DNA of 62,983 nucleotides, the filler included, from Octopus bimaculoides (Eukaryota), in NCBI RefSeq assembly GCF_001194135.2. It is 4 parts of 4 records of this genome, joined end to end, with 100 filler letters (N's around TTAATTAATTAA, not from the genome) between each part and the next. Parts side by side here need not be neighbours in the genome. Positions count along the whole stretch, not along the records: positions 31,533 to 46,979 come from NC_068993.1; 3 more parts are not named here. One strand, written 5' to 3'. Under the pieces are notes generated by a model. The model saw only the letters and a program-made list of their open reading frames with translations, searched no databases and was not told where the DNA came from. Position 1 is the first letter of the stretch, and every line of letters starts with the position of its first letter. Position numbers and translations under genes: made by a program. Below are positions 34,711 through 46,650 of the stretch, piece after piece.

Positions 34711-34760
34711 CTTCGATGATGAGACGCCCGACAGCGTCGAAACACCACAGTGACTCGCAG
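34711..34760 (+). ncRNA. Degenerate hammerhead-like motif
   Basis: CUUCGA -UGAUGA GACGC ccgaca GCGUC GAA ACAC caca GUGA C UCGCAG: C3 missing and U16.1 changed to A, with helix II perfect. Confidence 0.45.
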
Positions 34761-35575
34761 TCCCTGGTATCAGTAAATCATAGGTTTAATGAAAACACAC
34801 CACTACAAGGGAAGAGATGTTTTGCGATAGCGAATAACAACAGCAGTCGGCCATTCACATTAAAATCTGTCATGTACGTCAATGCATGAAATGTGCATTC
34901 GCTTTTATTCTGATGATTTTATTATGCAGTCAGATTGTAAGGTAATCACTGCATAACGGATTTATTCATTAATGAAATAAGCAGTTACTCGGACTATTGG
35001 TTTATAATTATTTGGGTATTAATCAACACAAGTCGTGAGTCTAAAAGTCAGAAAACATAGCTAAGGAAGTTCTAGCTACAAACTGTTAAAGTCATTATAC
35101 AAATGTATAAAACATTCCTGAAATTTAGCTTGCAATAAGTGTATATAGACGTGTGTAGTGACGTAGATGTTCAAATTCCAAAGAAAGATCAATATATCGG
35201 TGTTAGAAACTGGCACTTTCTCTACTGGGAAATTTGAAAATAAGACTAGAATACATACATACATGTATATATAAACTTGGAAGAAATATATACATATAAA
35301 TATATATTTTTTTCTTTATTGCCCACAGGGGGAAAAACTTAGAGGAGACAAACAAGGACAGACAAAGGGATTAAGTCGATTACATCGACACCAGTGCGTA
35401 ACTGGTACTTATTTAATCGGCCCCGAAAGGTTGAAAGGCAAAGTCGACCTCGGCGGAATTTGAACTCAGAACGTAACGGCAGACGAAGTACCGCTAAGCA
35501 TTTTGCCCCGCGTGCTAACGATTCTCCCAGCTCGCCACCATTCATATATATATGTATGTATATGTATATGTGGGA

Positions 35576-35642
<67 letters not shown>

Positions 35643-35736
35643 CACATAGATATCTGTTTATCTGTATGCATATATATATATATATATACGTAAAGATAAA
35701 ATATGTATATATATGTATTATGTATGTGTGTGTATA

Positions 35737-35772
<36 letters not shown>

Positions 35773-35779
35773 TGTATGA

Positions 35780-35970
35780 GTTTGTGTCTGTGTTCGTGTC
35801 CCCCGCCATCGCTTGACAACCGATGTTGGTGTGTTTACGTCCTCGTAGCTTAGCAGTTCGGCAAAAATGACCGATAGAATAAGTTGTGGGGTCGATTCGT
35901 TCAACTAAAGGCAGTGCTCCAGTATGGCCGCAGGGAAATGACTGAAACAAGTAAAAGAATCAAAGAATAT
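35780..35970 (+). mobile_element. SINE 3' half (CGCTTGACAACCGATG...ATGACTGAAACAAGTAAAAGA)
   Basis: Near-identical to 38165-38362 and 46440-46640. Confidence 0.8.
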
Positions 35971-36703
35971 ATTTATTTACATATTTCCATTGATACATAG
36001 ACGCGCGCGCGTCCTTCCCCACTCACATGTGTACATGTGTGTGTGCGTGTGTGTGTATGCATATATCCATCAAATGTAATTAATGTATATATATGTGTAT
36101 ATATATACATTTATATATATATATATATATNNNNNNNNNNNNNNNNNNNNNNNNNNNNNNNNNNNNNNNNNNNNNNNNNNNNNNNNNNNNNNNNNNNNNN
36201 NNNNNNNNNNNNNNNNNNNNNNNNNNNNNNNNNNNNNNNNNNNNNNNNNNNNNNNNNNNNNNNNNNNNNNNNNNNNNNNNNNNNNNNNNNNNNNNNNNNN
36301 NNNNNNNNNNNNNNNNNNNNNNNNNNNNNNNNNNNNNNNNNNNNNNNNNNNNNNNNNNNNNNNNNNNNNNNNNNNNNNNNNNNNNNNNNNNNNNNNNNNN
36401 NNNNNNNNNNNNNNNNNNNNNNNNNNNNNNNNNNNNNNNNNNNNNNNNNNNNNNNNNNNNNNNNNNNNNNNNNNNNNNNNNNNNNNNNNNNNNNNNNNNN
36501 NNNNNNNNNNNNNNNNNNNNNNNNNNNNNNNNNNNNNNNNNNNNNNNNNNNNNNNNNNNNNNNNNNNNNNNNNNNNNNNNNNNNNNNNNNNNNNNNNNNN
36601 NNNNNNNNNNNNNNNNNNNTATATATATATATGTATATATATATACACATATATATACATTATTTACATTTGATGGATATTTGTCCTCATCTTGTTTGTT
36701 GTT

Positions 36704-36749
36704 AACACAACGTTTCGGCTGATATACCCTCCAGCTTTCATCAGGTGTC
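36704..36749 (-). ncRNA. Second copy of the 33601 hammerhead motif, inverted orientation
   Basis: Minus strand GACAC CUGAUGA AA GCUG gaggguauau CAGCC GAAACGUU GUGUU; G10.1 changed to A. The flanking element (about 36656-36795) is homologous to 33555-33690. Confidence 0.62.
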
Positions 36750-36799
36750 GTGGGGGAAATTTCGAACCTAGATTCTCATTCCTAAGTTATTTTTCGATG

Positions 36800-36888
36800 T
36801 TGCTGTTGTTGTTATTATTATTATTATTATTACTATTAATTATTATTATTATTATTATTATTACTATTAATTATTATTATTATTATTA

Positions 36889-36923
<35 letters not shown>

Positions 36924-36930
36924 CATTATT
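36800..36930. repeat. (ATT)n microsatellite
   Basis: Directly visible. Confidence 0.95.
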
Positions 36931-37229
36931 CAGGTCACTTTTCATTTATTTGCCAGCCACTAATATTTAAACAGGTCACTGCTGGTATGAAGCACCTGGT
37001 AAAGTTCTGAATGATCACAGAACTTTGTAGAAATACATACCGTAGTAGTAGATTGGTCAGTTATGGTCCTAGTGATGAAGGAACGTCCGGCACGGTATAG
37101 AGATAGTATATCTCTGGGGTTTGCCAATAAAATTAAAAAAACTAGAGAACAGTTCAGCGTTCTACTGCAGGGATGGAGGTGGGGAGAGGGCCCCAGCGAT
37201 TTCTCTTTTGATGTCCGATACTGTCTCAA

Positions 37230-37560
37230 GATGAAAAGCGGTGAAGCATTCTATGGTGGCAGTTGTAAGGAGAGTGGTAAAAGCGCTGGTGGCGGTGTGT
37301 TTGTGATAGCGGTGGTTGTGATGATGATGGGAAATCATGGTGGTAGTGGTTGTGGAGATAGTTATATTGTTGGCGAACTTGCCGATGTTTATAGTATTGT
37401 TGATGATGATGGTGTTGACGCTGATGAAGCTATTGGTGATGGTGCTACTGGAAGTAGCAATGTTAGCGATAGTTATGATGCTGATGGTGGTAGCGTTGGT
37501 CATAGTGGTGATGTTTATGATGATGATGATTTGGCGACAATGACAGAGATGACCACAATT
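37230..37560. repeat. Degenerate GRT/GAT trinucleotide low-complexity tract
   Basis: Period-3 G-N-T pattern; gives stop-poor frames on both strands. Confidence 0.7.
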
Positions 37561-37805
37561 TGTTCTTCTGTTTAGTGATACCGAAAATTTGATTTAAATT
37601 CAATCGCAGTTTTATTCACCGGTTCTTTCGTTTTACTTATATCATTCATCTTTTCGGATGTAGTTGGTTTGGCTGTCAGCATTCAAAAATTAAAGTTTAT
37701 CGAAAACTTAAAAAATTTGGCACATTAATATATTTTTCTAAGCTGAATTGCTGAAGTTATTTCACGTTTTCCAGGTAAACGTTTTTAAAAAGATATATAG
37801 GTTGT

Positions 37806-38362
37806 AGGCGCAGGAGTGGCTGTGTGGTAATCGAACATTGTAAATATAATCAAATTATTATTGTATATTTAAAATTGCAAATATTTAATCGATACAGCTA
37901 CTTCACCCCTTTTATGTTTGTCTGTCTTTGTTCGTCCCCTCTTTGTAATGCCATTATGGCAAATATTTATGTAATAAAGTAGCTTGCTTACCAGCCACAT
38001 GGTTCTGGGTTCAGTCCCACTGCGTGGCACCTTGGGCAAGTGTCTTCTACTTTAGTCTCGGGCTGACCAAAGTCTTGTGAGTGGATTTGGTAGACGGAAA
38101 CTGAAAGAATCCTGTCGTATATATATATATGTATATGTATGTATTTGTGTGTGTGTTTGTGTGTCTGTGTTTGTCCCCCAACATCGCTTGACAACCGATG
38201 CTAGTGTGTTCACGTCCCCGTAACTTAGCGGTTCGGCAAAAGTAACCGATAGAATAAGTACTAGGCTTACAAAGAATAAGTCCTGGGGTTGATTTGCTCG
38301 ACTAAAGGTGGTGCTCCAGCATGGTCGCAGTCAAATGACTGAAACAAGTAAAAGAGTAAAGA
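37806..38362 (+). mobile_element. Full-length tRNA-type SINE, head interrupted by an insertion of about 150 bp
   Basis: GGCGCAGGAGTGGCTGTGTGGTAA at 37806 resumes as AGTAGCTTGCTTACCAGCCACATGGTTCTGGGTTCAGTCCC at about 37978; an uninterrupted junction (TAAGTAGCTTGCTTACC) is visible at about 60024. Confidence 0.8.
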
Positions 38363-38629
38363 GGTTTAAAATTTGATCGTTTTCATCCAACCCGGAAATA
38401 GGATCTGGAAGCTGTTATTTTGTGCGTGACTGCACGTGTTGTCAACATTCTGAAAATAGCACGTGCTTTTGCATGAAACTAAACAAATCAAATTCTGCTT
38501 AACGTACGATATATTGCCTCTCATAACTTTTTTAAAATTTGGAAATTTCAGAATATTTTTACGAATTTGTACTCTACACACGGGAATTATATTAAAAAAA
38601 AAAAATTAAGGGGCGGTGGCATGATTTAA

Positions 38630-39073
38630 GGCCTATTTAGCTGTTGTTTTTAGCACATCTCACGACCAGGGTACAAGCAATATATGGGCAGAAGCAACAA
38701 AATACAGCGTCAACGCATGTGGCATCGCGTAGATTATATTTATCAACACACGTGCTTTTTCTCTGACAAAAGAGTGCTCATGTTTGGCTTGCTACTATGG
38801 AAACAGGCCAAGAATGTGTCTTTGGCTTACGATTGGCTAAAATTACCCCAAATTTTCAAACTTTAATTGCTAACAACTTTTTATTTATTGATTTATAGCG
38901 AAAATGATTTTCACGGGATTCCTTAGCCTATAAAAAGTGTATCATTACACTGAATCAATTTGAACAGAAATTGACCTTGGCAGCCAAACCAATTAGATCC
39001 ATCTTTTCTTCTCTTTCTGTCTTCTTTCTCATTTTTTCTCTCTCTCCCTCCCTCCCTATCTTTCCCTACCTCC

Positions 39074-39126
<53 letters not shown>

Positions 39127-40736
39127 AGTTTATCTATCTCTAGGTGTACTCACGTGCACAAACACGCACACATGCACTCAGACACAAACAAACACGCGCA
39201 TATATACACACATATCTATATTATATGGAAACATGCGAGCAAGATTATAAAACTGGAAAAGTACAGGACAAGTTATTACATCTGGTAAAGTACAGAACAA
39301 CAAAAGCTTTACTTAAAATATTACAGCTAAGGATAAAATTTCAAAAATATTTAGATTTCAAAAATTTTAGCTTTTATTAAAACTAAACAATTATTACAAG
39401 TTATTACTTCTATTTGTTATTACTTGTTACTTCTGTTAAAAATTAAAAAATAACTCAAAATACTTTCTGCATTTAAAAAAAAATCATTTAAAAAATTATT
39501 AATTAATAATTAGAAATTTGAAAATGGGTTATAAAAAATAATAGTAGCACATAATTAGTACAATAAATAGAATGATACAAAAATTAGTTATATATTACAG
39601 TAAAATCTACTTATAACAACGAATTCACAATAAAATTTGCTTGAGTTATTGCCTAAGTTATTGCTAAGTCTTCACATTTTTAGTCTTGACTCATTGACTA
39701 TTTTTTACATAACGAATTTGCCTACCACATATATTATTCTACTTTGCATATAACTTTAGCTATACTGGTATTTTTAGCTCTCTGGTGTGTCATTATTTTA
39801 ACAAAATGATGGTACCTTTTTTAATTATTATGTTACTTTTTAAATTAAAATCAAATAATTTTTAATATTCAAATGTTATACTAAGCTGTAATATTTTAAA
39901 TAAAAAATTTCTTGTTCTGTACTTTACCAGATGTAATAACTTGTCCAGAAATTTTCCAAGTGTAATAACGTGTCCGAAACTTTTCCAGTTTTATAATCTT
40001 AAGAATACTATTTCTCTTGCTCGCATTTTTCCATGCAATCCATGCTTTTTCCAGGCTATGCGACTATGCTAATTAATAACGTGTCAAATGTGTCAATTAG
40101 CAGTGTCGTTGATAATTTTTTTTACCGCAATGATGCTGGTGACATATATTAAAAGTTCCTTATAGAACTATATTCATAAAAAAGTATGGAACTATATTAT
40201 CACCCTCAAATTTGAGAAACAAACACTCATAACTTTTTTCATTTAAAACGTCATTGCATGAGATTGATACCATAACATTCCTCGAATTGAGTTCTATCAT
40301 TTATGCTCATTTAAAATATAGTTAGTTTTTAAAATAAAAAAAGTTAACCATACTTAAATCCAATTTTTTGTTTTACTTATATTTTTTCCTGATATTTTAC
40401 CTCACAACTTTTTTGATACATATTTTTGTTGCATGGGGCCAATATTATGAAATTTTTCATGCTTTCTTTTATCATTGAAGTTAAGATAAATATATTTTGC
40501 TTTTAAAATAAAGAAGTTATTTAGATTTAAACTTCATTGGCGGCGTTACTTACTCTCCTATAGCGTTGCTGCAAATTTTCATGTAAACTTTTTTCTAGTG
40601 AACCAAATCTCAATTCTTTTATAGCAAAATGTAGCTAGGACCAGTACTCTTCAAAAATGTTAACAGTTTTCAATTTGGTCAAGAGCTAAATTTGCGACAA
40701 GCTCTGAATGAGGGTGCGTGTGAGTAAATTGCGGCC
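38630..40736. mobile_element. Possible non-autonomous DNA transposon bounded by TTAA (Kolobok/piggyBac-like)
   Basis: TTAA|GGCC at 38626-38633 and GGCC|TTAA at 40733-40740; only 4 terminal bases match clearly. Confidence 0.25.
39225..40035. repeat. Large foldback: inverted arms at about 39225-39330 and 39880-40035
   Basis: AAGATTATAAAACTGGAAAAG and GGACAAGTTATTACATCTGGTAAAGTACAGAACAA match the reverse complement of the right arm; the right arm carries an internal duplication. Confidence 0.8.
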
Positions 40737-41082
40737 TTAAGAATATTATTCAACTACTACAGTAGTTGAACGAAACATATATGTAGCTTGCATACATGCT
40801 TGCGCATACACACACGCACGCACACGCACTCACACACAAATACGCACCCCCACACAAACGTATTGGTAATTAGTAAGGGATTTTTCCAAGCGTTTACCAG
40901 TTTTCTTACAGTTTTCTATTCAAAATAGGTTATTAGGCAGTTATCATATAAATCCAGTAATAATTGTCATAAGATAAGGATTTAGAGATATATTCCGTTG
41001 GATTATTCTAAGTATATTTCCTTAAAAGGAATTAAAGGTAAAGCTAATACTATATCGTAATAATCCTCATTATTATTCTTAC

Positions 41083-41159
<77 letters not shown>

Positions 41160-41166
<7 letters not shown>

Positions 41167-42207
41167 ATAAAATATAGTTTGTATTTGTATGAGTGTGTGT
41201 GTGTGAGTATGTTCCTTATGCATTCGAAAACTGAGTAGCCAATTTTGACGTATGAGGTATCAAAAGATTCAGTAATCTTTCGGCTATTAAATAGACTATG
41301 TTTTTTGGCACGACCCTTATTTTATTACAAAAATAACCTCGGAAATGAGGTCGGGTTGCACAATTTTGATGTCTTTAGCTATGGGAGGCAGCTCTGCTTG
41401 AACAATCTTAAAATAGATGGAGTTTTACCAGAGAATGAAACTTCGAAGATATACCGTCAGCTTTATTAGTATTATTTAGTAAATAATCTTTTAATGTGAA
41501 GTATATTTGTTTGTATTTTGTTTAGCCCAGAGATGCCTCTGATGTAGCAGACCCATTGCATAATTTTCTTTTCTTCCTGAAGTACTGTAAATCTGTGTCT
41601 TTCTTTTGACGAAAGTGTATGTTTTAAAAGAGATTTGGCTGCTATTTGTAGTAGCCCATGATACCACAGAATATTTTTCACAATAATTTTAAAAGAAATC
41701 TGGATATCTTTCTTACTGCTAGCCATTCAACTTCAAATTACAATTGTTAATTGTTGGAAGTTAAGTTGACTGAGATGTACATATAGTGATATCGTATAGA
41801 GTGGAATTTCAATACGAAGTTTTGAACTCATTATCTTATGGTTAGTAATCCATTACCTTAAATTTGGAGCCATGAAGTCTTCAAACATTATTTTATTGGG
41901 TTTAGTGTTTCGACTGTCGCCATGATGAGGGATCACTTTCAAAAATTACTCATGCGAAGCATTACGACGACCAAAGCTGTAAGAACTTCTGAAGTTTTAA
42001 TAAAGTCATGTGAACCGTTCAAACAGACATGTAGATAATTTAAAAAGGAAAAAATCCTCAACGAAGTTTTTTTGCGTAAAATTGCACAAATCTGTCCTAA
42101 TCGAGAGGCCTATCTGTCGGGGAAGGCATGGTCTGACATGGAATAAATAGAAAATTATATAAGACATTCTATTGTAAAAATTGCCCGGCAACGACGGGCT
42201 ATTCAAG
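41160..42207 (+). mobile_element. Non-autonomous Helitron-like element
   Basis: 3' GC hairpin GCCCG-gcaacga-CGGGC (42183-42199) followed by CAAG-T (degenerate CTAG); 5' part starts in a TA tract followed by TGTGTG..ATGCATTCGAAAACT..CCAATTTT, as in short Helitrons. Confidence 0.55.
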
Positions 42208-42519
42208 TAATATATATATATATATATANNNNNNNNNNNNNNNNNNNNNNNNNNNNNNNNNNNNNNNNNNNNNNNNNNNNNNNNNNNNNNNNNNNNNNNN
42301 NNNNNNNNNNNNNNNNNNNNNNNNNNNNNNNNNNNNNNNNNNNNNNNNNNNNNNNNNNNNNNNNNNNNNNNNNNNNNNNNNNNNNNNNNNNNNNNNNNNN
42401 NNNNNNNNNNNNNNNNNNNNNNNNNNNNNNNNNNNNNNNNNNNNNNNNNNNNNNATAGTCGTATAACCCTTGCTAGCATGAAAGACAGACGTAAATACAA
42501 ATGACTATAAATATGTTTA

Positions 42520-43105
42520 TTTCTTTATTGCCCACAGGGGGCTAAACATAGAGGAGACAAACAAGGACAGACAAAGGGATTAAGTCGATTACATCGACCT
42601 CCAGTGCGTAACTGGTACTTATTTAATCGACCCCGAAATGATGAAAGGCAAAGTCGACCTCGGCGGAATTTAAACTCAGAACGTAACAATACACGAAATA
42701 CCGCTAAGCATTTCGCCTGGCGTGCTAACGATTCTGCCAGCCCGCCGTCTTAATATATGACTATATATATGTTGACATACACACATGAAAGTATCTCCCT
42801 CACTACATATACACACAGACACACATATATAGTTTTATTTTTGTATTTGTTTTTCAAGACACTTGATATGAATATGTCTACAGCACTTAAAGCGGTGATC
42901 TGGCAGAATTGTTAGCACTCCGGACAAAGTGCTTAGAGGCATTTTCTACGTCTTTACGTCTGAGTTCAAATTCACTGAGGTTGACTTTTACCTTTTATCC
43001 TTTCGTGGGTTGATAAAATAAAACCAGTTGAGCACTGGGGCTGATATAATCTACTTACCCACCACCCCGAAATTACCGGCCTTGTGCCAACATTTGACAC
43101 TAATA
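42520..43105. mobile_element. Two SINE copies of one family in opposite orientation (about 42520-42755 minus; 42893-43105 plus)
   Basis: Same blocks as the 33060-35535 cluster. Confidence 0.8.
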
Positions 43106-43249
43106 TTTGTACAACACACACACCATTAATATATGAACATAAATCTGTTTGTTGATTTGTCTATTTTTTCTGTCTTTTGTATGATTTTCACCCAGTGAAT
43201 GGAGCAGCTGCAGAACTTAAACTCCGCAGCTGTTATATTGATTACAAAC

Positions 43250-44700
43250 TACGAGTTAGCAATTGTTATTTTAGATGATTTACCTCACCTCATTGCCAAT
43301 ATTTCAATTAATTCAAGAAATAAAATATGAGGAGTCTTAGAGACATAGGGACCTATATATGTTTCTAATGTGATCTGAAGAATCTCGTACCAGAGTGTAA
43401 GACAATAAAAACCTCATATCATTATGCAAACCATTTTTTTTCTTACTTTTCGTTACACTGTGCTTCCAAAGCCGACACTAACTGCCACGTTATTTATAAA
43501 GTTAATTGGAAATATATTTCCATAATTTAACAATAGTTTCCTTCTCCTAAATAACAAATTTCAATAATTTGCAAATATTAATCCTCAAGAAATTTTTCAC
43601 ATTCTCTGCAGAAGATGGCTTATCCTTGACGGGGTGAAAATCATGTTTGGAAAATTGGTCTGCACTTATCTTTAATCTAACTGATTGAGAAAATGGTGCT
43701 CGAAATGCTTCAACAATTTGAGAGGCTTCACAAAATTGCTGTTAGAAAATATATTTCGCATGAAACAGCTTACATTGAAATTTAAAGTAAATATATCAAG
43801 AATTAATGTTTATCGCTACATCAATGTAACTGTTGGGCATTACTAGTTTTTAACCCCAGGAAGAGCCTTCTCCAATAACTGGAAGAGGCTCTTGCTGGGG
43901 TTAAAAAGGGTAGTAACATTGAAATATGGCGATAAACATTACTTCTCAGTATAATTACTACCTCCATCTCTTATAGAGATTTTCTATCTACTTCACTTAT
44001 ATTAAGAATTTCTTCCTATCTGTGTTGAAGAGTTTCTCAGTAATTTCATCACACGAAACATTTTGAGACCTGATGATTTAAGTACAATTAATGTTATTGA
44101 TCTTAGAATATAGCTCAGGATACTTTGCAATTATTGTTGTGTCATTTCCGAAAGAATTTCGAGTAAATATTAAAAATTTCTTTATTGCTTTACAAAGCAA
44201 ATATTTAAGGTCTTTTATCATGAGAACTGTTTGTAAACTGAGAGTTGCTCGAGGCATTGAATCAAACTTATGCTATTGAGGGAAAGACAAAATCAATTAT
44301 TCCAGTATAATTATGAAACTTCCATTATAGTTCTCAAAAAATATTATGAAAAAATTAATAAAGAGTTGACGGAGTCCATTATGCAAAATCAACCTCTAAA
44401 TCAGAAAAAATGCCAATGAAATTTTAATTTAATTTATCCTAGCAATAATAGGGTGACTTTATACCGCTTCCTTTTATTGACAACATTTATGATCACTCTC
44501 TTTTTAATGCCGCATTTTTCAGAAATTGCTAAAAGAAATTTCACCTTATTCATCAATAATAAAGTTAAAAATAGTATCTTTTCCCCAACGCTCACCTTAA
44601 ATGCGTTAACGAGATCCAAATCTTTGCACGATGCCATTAACTGCATGAAATGGAATCCACAGTAGTCTTGTGAGGGCATGCCAGAAAAACTGATAAAGCA
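43250..44700 (-). mobile_element. Possible old transposase remnant (hAT-like)
   Basis: Minus strand near 44620-44690 reads LLWIPFHAVNGIVQ, resembling the hAT W.PC.AH.lNL.vQ motif; otherwise degraded. Confidence 0.22.
43800..43945. repeat. About 145-bp foldback with a strong inner hairpin
   Basis: TTTTTAACCCCAGGAAGAGCC (43847-43867) / GGCTCTTGCTGGGGTTAAAAA (43887-43907), 1 mismatch; outer arms ATGTTTATCGC / GCGATAAACAT. Confidence 0.8.
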
Positions 44701-46234
44701 ATGAAGTAGTTTAATGAATATATTCTCTTTTAATATAATAGAAGCAAAGTTAAACGTATTCTTATCTGTTTAATGTTTTATAACGTCTTTGAATTGATAT
44801 TTAAAAATTACTACATTTTCGTGTATTTTGGTGAGCTTGCGTGAAAAATTTATTATCAGAAAATAAGCTTTAACAACCCAGGGATTCACATGACGCTATA
44901 CATCATAACATTCACAAATTAAGTCAATTACGGTTCGTTTTTTCAGCGCGATCGTTCTAACTCAAGAATGTACATATGTTAAGCTCTGGTGTGAAACATG
45001 AACCTACGACTGTATATCCCAAATAACTCGTGATACTCTCTTAAGTACTACGATCATGTAATCAAGTTGGTCGTTGTATGTCTCTTTCTATCATTTCGAG
45101 TACTGACTTTAAGAAGGTGCCCCCACTAAAAAAGCTATTCACTGCTTTTAGTGTCGTGTTTGTGTCAGTGATCCAGACGAATGAGTGAAGAGGTGATATC
45201 TGACGTAAAGTGTGGCCAATAGACATGACGGCTGATATATTGCTGCACAATAAATCAACGTTTTCATTTATTTCAAGTGGCTTCTATCGATCTTCTGGCA
45301 TGCGAAGACATTTAACTTTAACTAAGAGCAGAAAGTCAGATGGTGTACTAATAAATATTGTTTTCTGAAAGCCATCACTTCTTACTCACGTTAGTGAAAA
45401 ACTATTCCGTTGCCTCAGTTTCTATCTTCGTCTGCATGAATTTCCATTCTACATCTAAAGTGTCTTGTTTGCACATATGATACCTTTCATTCACGATGTA
45501 TCTGTCAAAATTAGGAACTAAAAAAAAACAAAAAAAAACAAAAACAAAAAAACAAACAAACAAAAAAGCAAAAGCATTTGTTTATACAAACGATGCTTCA
45601 CCTAGAACAACTGGTAAGTTTTATTGCTAGAGACGTAGTAACTGCATATACAAAGCGTTCTGTGGCGTGAAACTTTAAGAACACACAAATCACAATTTTC
45701 ACAAAAACACAATCGTTAAAAGAAAATATAATTGGTTTAAAGGAATCGCAAGTCTTGGCTCCAAGGAGGAGGGTTCTATGTTGTCTTTCGACTTGCTAGA
45801 AAAACCAACCGAATCTTTCTCAAATCACGTCTCATAAGGGCAATGACAATAGATAACAACTTAATACGTCTGATGTTCGACATCACTTAGAGATTATGAG
45901 TTCAAATCAAGCTATAAATGGGGAGTGCTTTCCTGTTGCCTTTAAGGTAGACGCTACATTTATCGTCATCTATCCTCCATTGTAGAAAAATTGAACTCCC
46001 AAAATGCGTTGCAATTTAATGTAACTGATATCGAGTAAACATCTGCTATGATAATTAAAAGTTAATGGAGTGAAAATTGTCATTAAACGTTTTAACTAAT
46101 GAAGCAACTCACTTTGCATGGTTAAACTCTGAAGGATTGTACATCCTTCGTTTTCTTTTTTCTCTTTCTTCCATCTATGTATGTATGTATGTATGTATGT
46201 ATGTATGTATGTATGTATGTACGTATGTCTATTG

Positions 46235-46314
46235 GGCAAGTGTCTTCAACTATAGCCTCGGCGACCTATCAAGGCTTTGTGAGTGGATATGGAAGATGGA
46301 AACTGAAAGCCCGT

Positions 46315-46378
<64 letters not shown>

Positions 46379-46650
46379 CATACAACGGGCTTTATATATA
46401 TGTGTATATACATATATATACCTGTGTGTGTGACTTTGTGACTGTGTTTGTTTCCCCTCCACCGCTTGACAACCGGTGTTCGTGTGTCTACGTGTCTGTA
46501 ACATAGCGGTTCGGCAAGAGTAGGGAATACAATAAGTACCAGGCTTTCAAAAAGGTAGTAGGATCAGTTCATTCGACTAAAATTTCTTCAAGGAGGTGCC
46601 CTAGCATGGCCGCAATTCAACCAGTAAAACAATAAAAGATAACAGATAAA
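46235..46650 (+). mobile_element. SINE with an internal (TA)n expansion
   Basis: GGGCAAGTGTCTTC...GGAAACTGAAAGCCCGTCG then CGCTTGACAACCGG...CCTAGCATGGCCGCA. Confidence 0.8.

Larger units (their letters stand above)
33060..35535 (-). mobile_element. Cluster of five same-orientation SINE copies (about 33060-33272, 33835-33920, 34082-34295, 34312-34512, 35320-35535)
   Basis: Recurrent AAGTCGATTACATCGACCC...GGCAAAGTCGACCTCGGCGGAATTTGAACT...GCTAAGCATTT blocks. Confidence 0.85.

Noticed and set aside
37063-37575. 170-aa Gly/Asp/Val-rich ORF
   Set aside because: The open frame comes from a degenerate trinucleotide tract; no recognisable domain or supported splice partners
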